Source: Raja brachyura
Lineage: Eukaryota
Reading direction: 5' to 3'
Length of the DNA stretch: 64,000 nucleotides
Assembly: GCA_963514005.1 (NCBI GenBank)
Contig: OY740818.1
Span: 19,530,001 to 19,594,000 of the forward strand
Shown: piece after piece, positions 22,604 through 35,431 of the stretch
Layout of the letters: every line of letters begins with the position of its first letter
Numbering within the stretch: the stretch's first letter is position 1
Made by a program: the position numbers and the translations under genes
Notes under the pieces: generated by a model
The model's input: the letters and a program-made list of their open reading frames with translations, nothing else
Told to the model about the DNA's origin: nothing
Database searches by the model: none

Positions 22604-22993
22604 AGGTTCTGTCCCACCTAGGAGACCTAAACAGCAACCTCTGGTGACCTTGCCCGCCACCCAAGGTTTCCATGAGGTGGCAGGAGGTTTTGGTCACTTT
22701 CTCTAACGGTCAAAAGTGGTTTCCGCGTGATCGAGGCTTCATCTGGGTTGCTGCTATTTTTTCATCATGATTAAAACCGTCCTCGACTAAATATAGGTTG
22801 CCGTTTTAAAAATCGATAATTATTTAGTCGCAGGTCTAGTCGAAGCCGGTTTTCTTCATAGTCGAGGAAGGTTTTCAACATATGCGTGGGAGGTGGTAGG
22901 AGGTTGCAGATCACCTCAACCTTGATTTGTTTTTGGGTGGCAGGCAAGGTCACCAGAGGTTGTTGTTTAGGTCTCCTAAGTGGGACAGGCCCC
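22604..22993. mobile_element. MITE with ~65-bp TIRs (PIF/Harbinger-like termini)
   Basis: CTGTCCCACCTAGGAGACCTAAACAGCAACCTCTGGTGACCTTGCCCGCCACCCAA inverted against TTGGGTGGCAGGCAAGGTCACCAGAGGTTGTTGTTTAGGTCTCCTAAGTGGGACAG. Confidence 0.85.
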
Positions 22994-23506
22994 TAAACTG
23001 TGCCGACCGAAGTGTTGGCTCCAAACCCATACTCAGTGCAAGGCACCATTCTCTCACTTTTTGTTTTGGCAGATCTTCATGCTTCATAGTTTGCAGTTCC
23101 TGATGCTCTCTTGGGAATTTTAAAACGAAGATTATACCTTCAAAACTTTAAATTATTTAATACTAAGCACCCTGAATTTTAGTTATTTCACTATTTGGGG
23201 ACAATCACTTTTATCTGCTGTCCTTTTTGACTCCACACCAAGTATGTATGGAGAGAGAGAGAGAGAGAGGGGTCATGCACATTCTGCACAACACTCTCCT
23301 GTTCCTCTCCAGAGCCATGTTTTCCTCTCTGGGTTCCAGACCAGAACGGAAACTTGGCAAGATGGAGAGATAAAGATTGAGGTCAACTTACTTTAGCATG
23401 TGAAGCCAGATAGATTAGTGACCGAGGAGAATGAGTTATTTCTCGTGACAATAATATATTTCCTCCATTAACTTGCCTTGTGTGTTCTATTTAATGATTC
23501 GTTTAG

Positions 23507-23626
23507 AATGGGACAAAGTCGTCGGTGGATTTGAACCCGGAGAGCTGGGAGGAATTAAAGGTGGCTTTGGAACTTGCGTCTGCTACTCAGACAACAAATG
23601 CATCTGCCAAAAAGATGAGTTTGTTG
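23507..23626 (+). CDS. ret: RET exon 10 (CRD, equivalents of C609/C611/C618/C620)
   Basis: ttag|AA; VVGGFEPGELGGIKGGFGTCVCYSDNKCICQ; donor G|gtatgt; 120 bp as in human. Confidence 0.97.
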
Positions 23627-24224
23627 GTATGTTTATTGCTGATTTTTCTTTTTAAATGTTGGCCAATAAGTGGTAATTTTTTCCATATTTCTGGGCATAC
23701 TATGCCTTGATCTGCTAGTGCGTAGTGAGGTTCATGCAATTGAATCAATGGGTACTGGGGCTTTAGTTAATGAATATATCAACTGAAAGATGACAAAAGA
23801 CAGTGTCTCATTCTAACCCACTGCACGGTGCAGCTTGGTACACAAAACTTTATAATCAACAATACCCATTGAATACTCATAGAGGAGTCAATGAAATGCT
23901 GAGGTAAAATGCCTCCAGTTTAATCTCTGGTCTAAAGGGTGGTACCTCCACCAAGCCAATGCTCCCTCAGTACTACACTGGGGTATTAGCATCAGCTCAC
24001 CTCAAGAAATCCAAAAGCATACCTAAGTATTTTCTGTACCTATTTCCTTATGACATAGAAGGAGGCCATTCAGCCCACCAAATCTATGCCAGTATTTGGA
24101 ATAAATATATTACTAATTATTCCCCAAAGCATATTCTTCCCCCATTCACATCAACTACCCACAGATTCTAACACTCGCCAACACACTAGGAGTAATCTAC
24201 AAAAGCCAATTAATATATAAATCA

Positions 24225-24449
24225 TTTGTTTAAGAAGGAACTGCAGATGCTGGATAATCGAAGGTAGACAAAAGTGCTGGAGCAACTCAGCGGGTGCGGC
24301 AGTATCTATGGAGCGAAGGAGATGGGCAACGTTTCGGGCCAAAACCCTTCTTCAGTCTGAAGAAGAGTTTTGGCCCAAAACGTTGCCTATTTGCTTCGCT
24401 GCATAGATACTGCCGCACCCACTGAGTTTCTCCAGCACCTTTGTCTACC
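24225..24449. mobile_element. Palindromic Penelope-like mini-insertion with 14-bp TSD, inside a V-SINE
   Basis: 94-bp inverted arms 24262-24355 / 24357-24450; TAATATATAAATCA duplicated at 24211-24224 and 24450-24463. Confidence 0.85.
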
Positions 24450-24782
24450 TAATATATAAATCACCATGTTTTCGGGACATGGAAGGAAACTAAAGCATCC
24501 ATGGAAAACCCACACAACCATAGAGAGAACATATGAACTCCACAGAGACAGCACCAGAGGTGGGGACTGTATCTCGGTTGCTGGAGGTGTGAGGCAGCTG
24601 CTGTTTGTTGGAAGCCCAAGGAGAAAGATGGGCATTGTAATACTCTCCTAACTTAAATTTGTGATAAGATTGTAAAAAAGAAACATCTCAAAGTTGCTTG
24701 GTATTGATCTGTCGAACGTTGCATTTATGTTAATCATCCTGGTGGAACCATCATGGTGTGTTCTGTTCCATTTCATTCACAG

Positions 24783-25039
24783 AGATGGTTTGCGATGATC
24801 TGTGTAAAACCATTATTGCAGCTGCGGTGTTGTTGTCCTTCATCCTGTCTGTGCTGCTCTCCTCGTATTTCATTCATCGATACCATAAAACCACTCCCAA
24901 GCCCCCCATCGCTTCGGCAGAAATGACCTTCAGGCGGCCAGCTCAGGCTTATCCGATCAGCTACTCCTCCAATAATATCCGAAGACCTTCTATAGATTCC
25001 ATGGAAAATCAAATGTCTGTGGATTCCTTCAAGATACCA
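24783..25039 (+). CDS. ret: RET exon 11 (C630/C634 equivalents, transmembrane and juxtamembrane)
   Basis: [66 protein letters not shown]; donor CCA|gtgagt; 257 bp as in human. Confidence 0.98.
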
Positions 25040-25949
25040 GTGAGTGCCATTTTATTGCATTTTTCTACTGAGCCCTTTAAAGATTAGTCTTATGAAAGAA
25101 AAGCTATAACAAATGTTGATCATCAACAGTTTTGGTCACACTGGTGTAGGAAGGATGTCATTAAACTGGAAAGAGTGTAGAGAAAATTTATGAGAATGTT
25201 GGGACCTGAAGGCCTGAACGATGGGGAGAGATTGGGAAAGTTGGGACTTTAATCCATGTGCAGGAGGCTGAGGGGTGATCTTAAAGAGGTGTATTAAATG
25301 ATGGGGAATAGCACTCCCAATCTGACCACTCTCTCTGCCTTACATACTTACAATAAAGCCCAACATCTCAACTTCTAACCTTGCACTGCAAAACTCAACA
25401 ATCAATTTGGTCATTTCAGGTGACCAGTCCTCAATGCCCATGTCAGAACCAGACAGTTCTGATGAAAAGGGGACTTGCCTGAGACACTAACTGTGTTTTT
25501 TCCCCTCCATAGATGTTGACTGACACCAAGAATATTTTCAGTTTGCGCTGTTTTATTTCAGATTTCCAGCCACTGCAATGTTCTGTATTTCAGGGAGTCA
25601 CCTTTTCTCTCCGTCTCTCCTCCGTTCATTTTTTCTTGCTTCTATTGACATTTACTTGAGTTTGAAGAAGGGTCTCAACCCAAAACGTCACCCATCCCTT
25701 CTATCCAGAGATGCTGCCTGTCCCGCCGAGTTACTCCAGCATTATGTATAAATTTTCGGTGTAAATCAGCATTTCCAGTTCTTTCCTACATACAGTTGTG
25801 ATTTACTCACTGACATCACAATCATTTGTGTCTTTCCGTTCTCTCTCAATCTCCAACCTATAATAAACATTCCTTTTGTTTCCTCCACCCTTCCACCTTC
25901 ACTGCAACCAAAAACACACTTTTGCCCTAATTTATCCTAATCCTAATAT

Positions 25950-26170
25950 CCAAAGAGGTCCTTCTGCCGTTGTACAGAGCCCTACTGAGACCACACCTGG
26001 TGTATTGTGTGCAGTTTTGGTCCCCTAATTTGAGGAAGGACATTCTTGCTATTGAGGGAGTGCAGCGTAGGTTTACAAGGTTAATTCCCGGGATGGCGGG
26101 ACTGTCATATGCTGAGAGAATGGAGCAGCTGGGCTTGTACACTCTGGAGTTTAGAAGGATGAGAGGGGAT
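25950..26170 (+). mobile_element. Internal CR1 ORF2 fragment
   Basis: YRALLRPHLVYCVQFWSP; nearly identical to 44483-44700. Confidence 0.9.
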
Positions 26171-27065
26171 TGTCATTGTGGTGACAATTTGCAACCCTTT
26201 CTTTTTTTTTTCCTCAAGACTGTCAGCATCTGCCTTTCTTTACTCTTCAATATGGGATAGGAGTGGGAGTGGGACTAGGTCAGTTGGTGCTTCAATTCTG
26301 CTGACTTTCTACCTCAAAACCCTACTTTGCTCCATTATCCCTTGACTCCCTGAATCCAAAAACCTACTCATCTTAGCCTTGAAAATACTCAACCTGCTTG
26401 ATCTCGAGAGTTCGACTGATTCACAAACATTGGATTTAAGGAATTCCTCTTCCATCCCAAATAGCCCAACCATGCTTTAAACTAGACTGCAGGTTAGGTT
26501 TATGCAAGGTGCCCCAGTACGTACCCCCAATCAAATCATGTGTCTGCTTCAAGTCAACCCTTTTTGACTGGGCATATTAGGTTAGAGGTGGAATGGTAGT
26601 ATCTGTGCATGCTAATTAACGAGAGGTTTTCTTTGTCTTTTTGCTTGGGTAGAGAGACAGCAGAGGAGCTTTGAATCACTGACTGTGACTTCCTGACTTC
26701 TGCATTAAACACACATGCTGAAATCCTATAGCTGCTGTCAGATTCATGGAGGTCACCGACAGTGATCGTTAACAATCTTGTTGTGAATAGAGCAGTACAA
26801 TCTGGTCTATAATTGCTAAATATGAGCAGGGCATCATCTCCATACAGGACATAATTTCCATTTACTCATTTCAATATCAGATACAATTTCCACATCGGCA
26901 CGTGAAAAGTGATAGCCGGAGATTTGATTTTAGATTAAATTGTTCACGCATATTATCGGTGAGGTGATATTTCATTTTATGGATTGCTTGAAATTAATGC
27001 TCATGCTAGTGGGCTTGGATCCTATGTTTCAGCTATTTGAAGTGGTTGTGTATTGTTTTCTGTGA

Positions 27066-27218
<153 letters not shown>

Positions 27219-27779
27219 TAGGCTGAATGTCTTCTAAGTGTTATTGTGATGTGCAGATAAAGTAATCTACTACAGCTGACACTGAATGGCTTTTACTCCC
27301 TGGTGCAACACAGTCTCACAATTAATTCTATTTATTAGCATTTATTATTTGTAGACTTATTATTTAATTCTCAACTGGAACTTCATCTGGAGAACGATAG
27401 GCGAATAATTGAAAGGCTTGAATGTTCATAGCCCTTAAGATTGCCAAAGTGCTTTACACCCAGTTTTGAACTAGTTATGTTGGAACCGCAGGAGCGTATT
27501 TAAACACAGCAAATTTAAACACAACCAGCTATAATGACCAGGTTTTTGTTAAAGGTGTTGATGGATAAATATTGATCAGAAACTGGGAGAATTTACTGCA
27601 TCTTCAAAAAGATTACACAGTATCTTTAATTTCCACCTTGGATGGAAGACAGGTCTCAATTTAATCTCTCTACTGATGCATAATGCAATTGAGAGTGCAA
27701 CATGGCCTCTGTGCTGTACTGGAGAGGAAGCCTAGATTATCATGCTGAAATACCTGGGTGTGAAGGGGTATTTGAATAA

Positions 27780-28025
27780 GGGGCCTGACCCACTTGGGCG
27801 TCATTTGCACGTCACGCAGGTGGCACGCGAAGATTTTGTGAATCCCAGAGTCCTGGGGTGCCGCACGTGACCGCGCGTCACTGCCTACGCCACCACATCT
27901 CACCACGCGCCATGCGCGCGTAACAATGCGCTCGTGACATGTAAATGATGTCACAGCGTGTGTCGTGACGTGTAAATGATGTTGTGTAAATGACAAGCAA
28001 ATAACGCCCAAGTGGGACAGGCCCT
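27780..28025. mobile_element. MITE (PIF/Harbinger-like termini)
   Basis: GGGGCCTGACCCACTTGGGCGTCATTTGC / GCAAATAACGCCCAAGTGGGACAGGCCCT; TAA/TTA flanks; CpG-rich interior. Confidence 0.8.
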
Positions 28026-28185
28026 TTAAGCATTACCTGATCCCGTTTTAATCACAGTTCTCTGAAGTACTTCCAAATGTATTTATTTTAAGTGCAGTTT
28101 GCTGCTGCTTATGCCGTGAGGGCAGAAGGTAAATACAATGGTAGTTACCTTGTAATTAACCACACTCCTTGCTTCTGTCTGGCAG

Positions 28186-28293
28186 AAAATGCATCTCAGA
28201 GTGAACTACGAGACCTTTTATCTGAGTTCAACCTGCTGAAGCAAGTGAACCATCCTCACATCATCAAACTATATGGAGCCTGCAGTCAGGATG
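28186..28293 (+). CDS. ret: RET exon 13 (kinase alphaC)
   Basis: [36 protein letters not shown]; 108 bp, GT-AG. Confidence 0.98.
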
Positions 28294-29835
28294 GTAAGAA
28301 AATAAAGGGCACAGAGGGGATATCAGTAACAAATTCAATCCATGATCCATTTATTTAAATCAAATGTTTATTCATTTAGTTTAAAGATTGGGGCAAGATG
28401 AAACATAGGAAAGTATGGACATAAAATACAGGGTGGTCACCCAATAAATCCAAATGGGAATTTAAGAAAATCTTCTTGACACAATGTGAATTGAGACGTG
28501 TGTATAGTTCAGGAAAATAATAAAGATACATTCAAGAGGAAGGGGATTTTTTTAAATGATAGGACCTAAATACTAAATACAATCAAAATAATTCTAAACA
28601 TTCACCAGGTCTGGCGGTGTACCATCATCTGTGGAAAGAAAAACTGTTATTGTTTTAGGTCAAAAGTCCTTTCTTTTTATTTTTTTTTAAGTGTTAATGA
28701 CTGTGCATACTTGAAATAATCTACATTAAGAATCCTCTGGCCATTTTGAAATAAATAGTAGAATGTGTGAACTCTAATGAGGGATGATCTTACTGAAATG
28801 TGTAAGGTCCATAGGGAGCACAACTGAGCAGATGTTGCCATTAATGGGAGGATCTTGATTGAGGGGATATAGTTACATGATTAGGGATGGTTATTTGAAG
28901 TTGAGGCACATGGGGATTACTCTCAAAGTGCTGTGAGTTTCTGGAATTCGCTACCTCAGAGGATTGTGGAGGCAAGATCAATGGGGAGGGGAGGGGTTGG
29001 TATTTTTGAAAGATATTGGAACCGAGTGCTGCAGGAAGCCGGCACAGAAGAGAGAATCAGTGGGTAGATCGCCCATGATTGTATTGAATTGTGGGACAGG
29101 CTTGAAGGACCAAATAACCTGCTCATGCACCTGTTCGCAATGTTTCCTGATGGTTTGGATGGAATCAGGCTCACTGGGGCAGTGCAAACTCCACGTAGAC
29201 AGCATGGGAAGACAGAGTCAAACTTAGATTGCTAGTGTTATGTGACAGCTGCATTACCTCCTGTGCCACTGTGTCGTCCCCAGTGTTGACCCATTTGCAT
29301 CAAACCTTCAAACCTCATTTACACCTATTCTACATAAAGTAACATCCATCCTGTCCTAGTCCCATTCTAATCTCCCCATAATCCCACGCTGCCCCCAGAT
29401 TCTAACTCTCACACACACAAGGGGATGCTTACAGTGATAAATGAACCTACAAACCTGCACATGTTCAGGTTATGGGAGGAAGCCCAGGGGAAAACACACA
29501 CATTCACAGGAATGGAATGCTAACAATACACAGAGAGCACTGGAGGTTGAGATTGAATCCAGGTCGCTGGAGCTGTGAGCTGGCACCTCTACCAGTTGCA
29601 CCACTCTGCCACACTAAACCTCGTTTGCACTTAAATTAAGCATTTTTATTATTTCCTAGCTTTTCATTAGCTACCACTCAACCTTCTGTTCTCTAAAGAT
29701 TTCCAGTGTGCCCAAGAAGTGGTGGGTTCCATAGAGTTCGCTTCAAACCCCAGGGCGTCACTTTTGTACTTGACAGTGTGATATGTGGCAAATGGTAGAT
29801 TTAGTCTGGGAAAATCTGGCTTCTTTCTTTGGCAG

Positions 29836-30047
29836 GTCCTCTCTACCTTATTGTGGAGTACGCCAAATACGGATCACTGAGAAGTTTCCTGAGGGAAAGT
29901 CGCAAAGTCGGTCCCAGTTACTTGGGTGAAGGCAATCGAAACTCCAGCTATTTGGATAATCCAGATGAACGGGCCTTGACCATGGGAGACCTAATATCTT
30001 TTGCCTGGCAGATCTCCCGTGGAATGCAGTACCTGGCTGAAATGAAG
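29836..30047 (+). CDS. ret: RET exon 14 (gatekeeper, hinge, kinase insert)
   Basis: [55 protein letters not shown]; 212 bp, GT-AG. Confidence 0.98.
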
Positions 30048-30794
30048 GTGAACCTTAACCCTACTTGCTGTTGATATTGGGGACTTGAACTCTCATGACT
30101 TTTCCAGATGATAAAAAATGCATTTATAGCTGTCTTTTTTATGAGATATCCCTCACTAGTCCAACTGAGTTTTAGCTCTGTAGGTAACATCAGAAAGTGC
30201 ATAGGTTGAACTACATTGCAGCTAGTCCTGACCAGCAGAGACTGGGATTCAGGCTGAGAGCTCTGCATTGGCATTACCCAGATGCTCATATTTGGTGGAG
30301 GGGGAATGATTCTTTCCTTTTCTTATGTGTTTTTGGGAAGCTCATTAACTACTAAGCCATCAGTGAGACCTTCCTCTAAATGACACTGCTTGCTGATGAA
30401 ATGAGTTATAGTCACAGAGTCACACAACACAGACACAGGCCCTTTTGCCCAACTCGTCCATGTTGATCAAGGTGCCCCATCTGAGCTAGTCTTATTTGTC
30501 CATGTTTGGCCCGTCTCCCTCTAAGCCTTTCCGATTCATGTATCGGAACAAATGCCTTTATAAATGATGTTATTGTATCTGCCTATCCTGATGATATTGC
30601 TGCTGGAGTAGGGATTTGCACGCTATTGGCCACCTTCAGATAATGAGTGAGCAACCTGAGCTATCAATGGTAAAGCTCTACACCACCACACAACAAAGGT
30701 CTCCTATTGACAGACTTCACAACAGATCTTCTGAGCTCACAGTTTAATCTGATGTCCGTATAGTTAACTGCCTATGTTCTCTGTTATACCTTAG

Positions 30795-30941
<147 letters not shown>

Positions 30942-31419
30942 TAATCACCTGAACGACTTATGATAACGACTGCGACGGAACAAACCCCACAGGCTATTGA
31001 TTAGTACGGGTGTTAGAGGTTATGGGGAGAAGGCAGGAGAATGGGGTTAGGAGAGAGAGATAGATTGAATGGCGGAGTAGACTTGATGGGCCAAATGGCC
31101 TAATTCAACTCCTATTCCTTTTGACCTTATGACCTATTCCTCATTCATTTTATCCATTAAATGGAGATGCCTGCTCTCACCCTGTTGCTCTGTCTTTTAC
31201 CAATTGAAAAAGTACATCAATATTCTTGACTGAGGGCGCCAAGAAAGAGTTTAGGTATATATGTTTGTGGGAAATAAGCTATTTTCTACTGAGAAACATC
31301 ACCTGTGATTACAAATGACTGTAGAGAGCGACCCGTGCCTTTCCATTGAATGGGGAAAACTCTGCTCACTCTGTATTTCAGATGAGTGATTTTTTAATTT
31401 GTGTTTCTCTTGCCTCTAG

Positions 31420-31490
31420 GGTCGAATTCCTGTGAAATGGATGGCAATTGAATCTTTGTTTGATCACATCTACACAACGCAAAGTGACGT
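31420..31490 (+). CDS. ret: RET exon 16 (M918 equivalent)
   Basis: GRIPVKWMAIESLFDHIYTTQSDV; 71 bp; ctag| and |gtaagt. Confidence 0.98.
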
Positions 31491-32017
31491 GTAAGTGTAG
31501 CATACTCACCATTTTTGTGAAGTTGAAAATCAAAATAGAGAAGGTCCTCAATTTATTCTGAGGCAAAATATCCCTGATGTTGAAGAAAACAGAAAACTCA
31601 GCAGGTCAGGTAGGATCTGCGAAGAAAGAAATGGGTTAATATTACCTATCAAAAACCTTTCATCAGATGATGCACTATTAATGCTAAACCTTGGCTCGAA
31701 TAAGGACAAGGATAAGAAAGAGAAGGGCCAAGGCCTTCAATCCTATTGCCCCTTATTAATTATTTAGCAATCCACTGAATCAAGATCTACTACATTAAAT
31801 GAAAAACACAAACATGGGCCGTTTTCCCTGTTTCATCTGTTCCTGTTGACTAAAATAGTTATCTGACTTGCCTCACTCTATTGACCTTCCCCTTAAACCA
31901 CTGAAAGGTTTTCTCTTGTTGATCATTCCAGCTAACTCAGTGGAGAACAAAATTGCATCCCGAACTGGTGATAATATTTAATCTTAGTTTGAACTGACTG
32001 AGCAATTTCTGACATGA

Positions 32018-32221
<204 letters not shown>

Positions 32222-32356
32222 TAGGTCGGGCTTCAATGGCATGAAACTAATGGATAAAATTTACAGATTAATATGCAGCAATTCTTCACATTCCAAAATG
32301 TGTATGGATCAGGAGATGCACATGGGACAGAGGAGTGTCAGTGGTGGACAAGAAGC

Positions 32357-33140
32357 TCAGCAGACAATAGGAAGGTCAGCAGACAATAGGAAGGTCAGCA
32401 CTGGATAGGAAGGTCCGCGCTGGATGGGAAAAGTGAGCACTGGACTGGAAGGTCCGCGCTGGATGGGAAAAGTGAGCACTGGATGGGAAAGGTGAACACT
32501 GGATGGGAAGGTCAGTGCTTTATGGGAAAAGTGAGCGCTGACTGAGATATAGAAGCATTCTGTCCCTCCAGCATCAGGAAGTACAGAATTGTGCAGGAAG
32601 GCCAGCACATTACTGGAAGGTCAGCAGCACACAGAGAAAGTCCACATTAGTCAGGAACGGCCAGTGACTGATGCTGAGATCAGACCCAGGACTGAACCCA
32701 AGATCTCTTCACCTCTGGACACAGTGGGGATTGAGGTGGGGTTAGCACTGGACTTGGTGGTAGGAAGGTGGAATTGAATAAGTGATGGAAAATGAGTGGT
32801 CAGCACCGAATTGGAAGTCTGGTCAGTGATGGTCAGGGACAATTGCTGATGGGCAGTAGATGTCAGATCCAAGTGATCGTGGAGCCAGCAGCGGACGGGT
32901 CTGGACAGTAAGAGAATGGAAGTAGAGTTGACATGGGTTGTTGAACATCCTCAGACAGGGAGAAAGTGGTAGCCCGTAAGAATTATTGCTGGAGAGGGTG
33001 GTCCTGTGCTGGATAGGTCGGGCCAGATTTGAACAGTGTTGGTTAATGCTTGACAGGTAAATTATCACACGAAGAATGAGTCAAATGGTGAAGTTAACAA
33101 ATGGGCAGTGTCTGTGCTGGATGGGGAAGGTGAGAAGAGA
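32357..33140 (+). repeat. Degenerate ~19-20-bp minisatellite in intron 17
   Basis: Unit approx. CACTGGATGGGAAGGTCAG; exact 19-mer duplication at 32357-32394, ~39-bp dimeric units 32399-32480, decaying copies to ~33140. Confidence 0.7.
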
Positions 33141-33227
33141 GTGGGACATCAGAGCAGTCAGATTATGCAATTCATTAGTTTCCCTGCGATCAGACACTGA
33201 TATAGATTTGCTTCAATTCTTTCTCAG

Positions 33228-33327
33228 GTACAACTTGATGCTGCATTGCTGGAAACAAGAGCCGGATAAACGGCCAACATTTGCAGAAATCAGCAAAGAA
33301 CTGGAGAAGATGATGGTGAGGAGTCGG
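33228..33327 (+). CDS. ret: RET exon 18
   Basis: [33 protein letters not shown]; 100 bp; donor CGG|gtgagt. Confidence 0.98.
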
Positions 33328-35251
33328 GTGAGTGTGGAGCAGTCCTCAAATTCACAAGCTACAGAGGTAGAATTAGGCCATTCGGCCCATCAAGTCTACT
33401 CCGCCATTCAATCATAGCTGATCTCTGCCTCCTAATCCAATTTTCCTGCCTTCTCCCCATAACCCTTGACACCCGTTCTAATCAAGAATTTGTCTAACTC
33501 TACCTTAAAAACATCCACTGACTTGGCCTCCACAGCCCTTCCTACTTTTACCATTCTTGTGATATACAAGGTTTCCAACTGTCCATGTCTATGCTATGAA
33601 AAAAACTATAATACTAGTCTGAAGAAGGGTCTTGACCTGTAACGGCACCCATTCCTTCTCTCCAGAGATGCTGCCTGTCCCGCTGAGTTATTCCAGCATT
33701 TTCTATCTATCTTCGGTGTACAACCAGCATCTGAAGGTCCTTCCAATACCATTTCTATGGCTTGTTCCCTGCTGGCAGTTCGGAAAAATGTCTTGAGCAA
33801 GATTGCCTCCAATTTTTAAGCATCAAGTTGCACCTTTTCGCCAATGTCTTCATCCTGACTGTGTATAGAAACATAGAACATAGAAACATAGAATTCATCA
33901 ACCATTCCTTTGGTTGCTGGTTCATACAACAAATTTGTAGCTTTTGAAAATCTCCAAATGCATCAGGTTAAAAGCTTCCTTTAAAATGTTCATAACTTCT
34001 TTATGGGGGAACCTGTCTAGTTCATTGGCATTCACAAACGACTTGTATGTCTCCAGCCTTTCCGCCTGCAACATTATCACATACTTCCTCTTGCATATTG
34101 CCACATTCTTCTGTTCCATGTCTTTTCCCCAAACCTCAATATTATTGTTTGCCTTCTGGAAAATGTTATGAGAATCTTATGTCTCCGTGAGATCACCTCT
34201 CATTCTTTGAGTGAGGCCAACCACACTCAATTGCTTCTCATATAACCCTTCCCAGGAAACAATCAGATTAATCTATGCTGTACTGACTCCAAGCAAATGT
34301 GCCCTTCCTTCGGTATAGGAACCATAACCATACCAACTTCCACCCGAATTCGCACTAAAACTCTAATTTCTACAAAACCCCCCTTACTTTCCTAATAGTT
34401 CAACTCACAAGTTTATTTCTGAAATTCCATGAAGCAGCACACCAAAGTCCTTTTAAGTTTCTGTTCCCTGGGAGGGCTTGTGAGAGTTTACTTTAATGTT
34501 TAATCTAGAATGTGGCATTTCAAAAGGTGCAGCACTGTCTCAGTTTTGACTGCCGTGTTAGTTTAGATATTGTGTTTTGGACTCTAGAGTGGTGTTCAAA
34601 TTCGCACTCGTCTGACTCGCACTGGCATTATATGAGACACAAAGTAAATCAGGTAAGTAAGATGCATTATAGCCAGTGGCAGAACAATTTCAGTTAAGAG
34701 AGAGTCAGAATCAGAATTTAAATTGTTTTAAATTATCCCATAATTATCACTTTCTTTCCCTCTCTTGTTAATTCTGCTCTCTCCTTGCCCCGTCTCTATT
34801 TTTCTCACTCCTGATCTTTCTCACTCTTGATCACTATCTTCTCTAAAACTCAACATTTCTCATTGCTCTCCTCTTGCTATTTTCTTTTCTATCACCTTGT
34901 GTTTCTCCTGACCTAAATGATTCCAGATCTACCTCTGTGTCTGTTCTCCATCATCTTTCTGGTTCCTGCTCCCCCTTCCAACCTCTGAAGCTGTATTGCT
35001 CTATCTATGTCCATATTCCTATCCATCTTTTATCTCCATTATTTCTCAACCTCCATAATGTTGTCTATTTGATCTCTTATTTCTCTGTACTTCTGCCTCC
35101 CATCTCCGAATCTGCCCCATATCTCTGCTGTAACTATGTTCTTCCCCTGTGTGTTTCTCCTTCACTCCCTCTTTCTCTCTGGTATGTGCCTCATTCTGTC
35201 TTTTGAATCAATGGCAACCATTAAGTTTGAATTTTTTGCCTCTACCTCTAG

Positions 35252-35431
<180 letters not shown>

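Noticed and set aside
31370-31419. Alternative acceptor TTTCAG 38 nt upstream of exon 16
   Set aside because: Would shift the frame; the downstream acceptor gives the conserved 71-bp exon.
32357-32540. Repeat array as a CRISPR-like locus
   Set aside because: Adjacent units without unique spacers, vertebrate intron, no cas genes.
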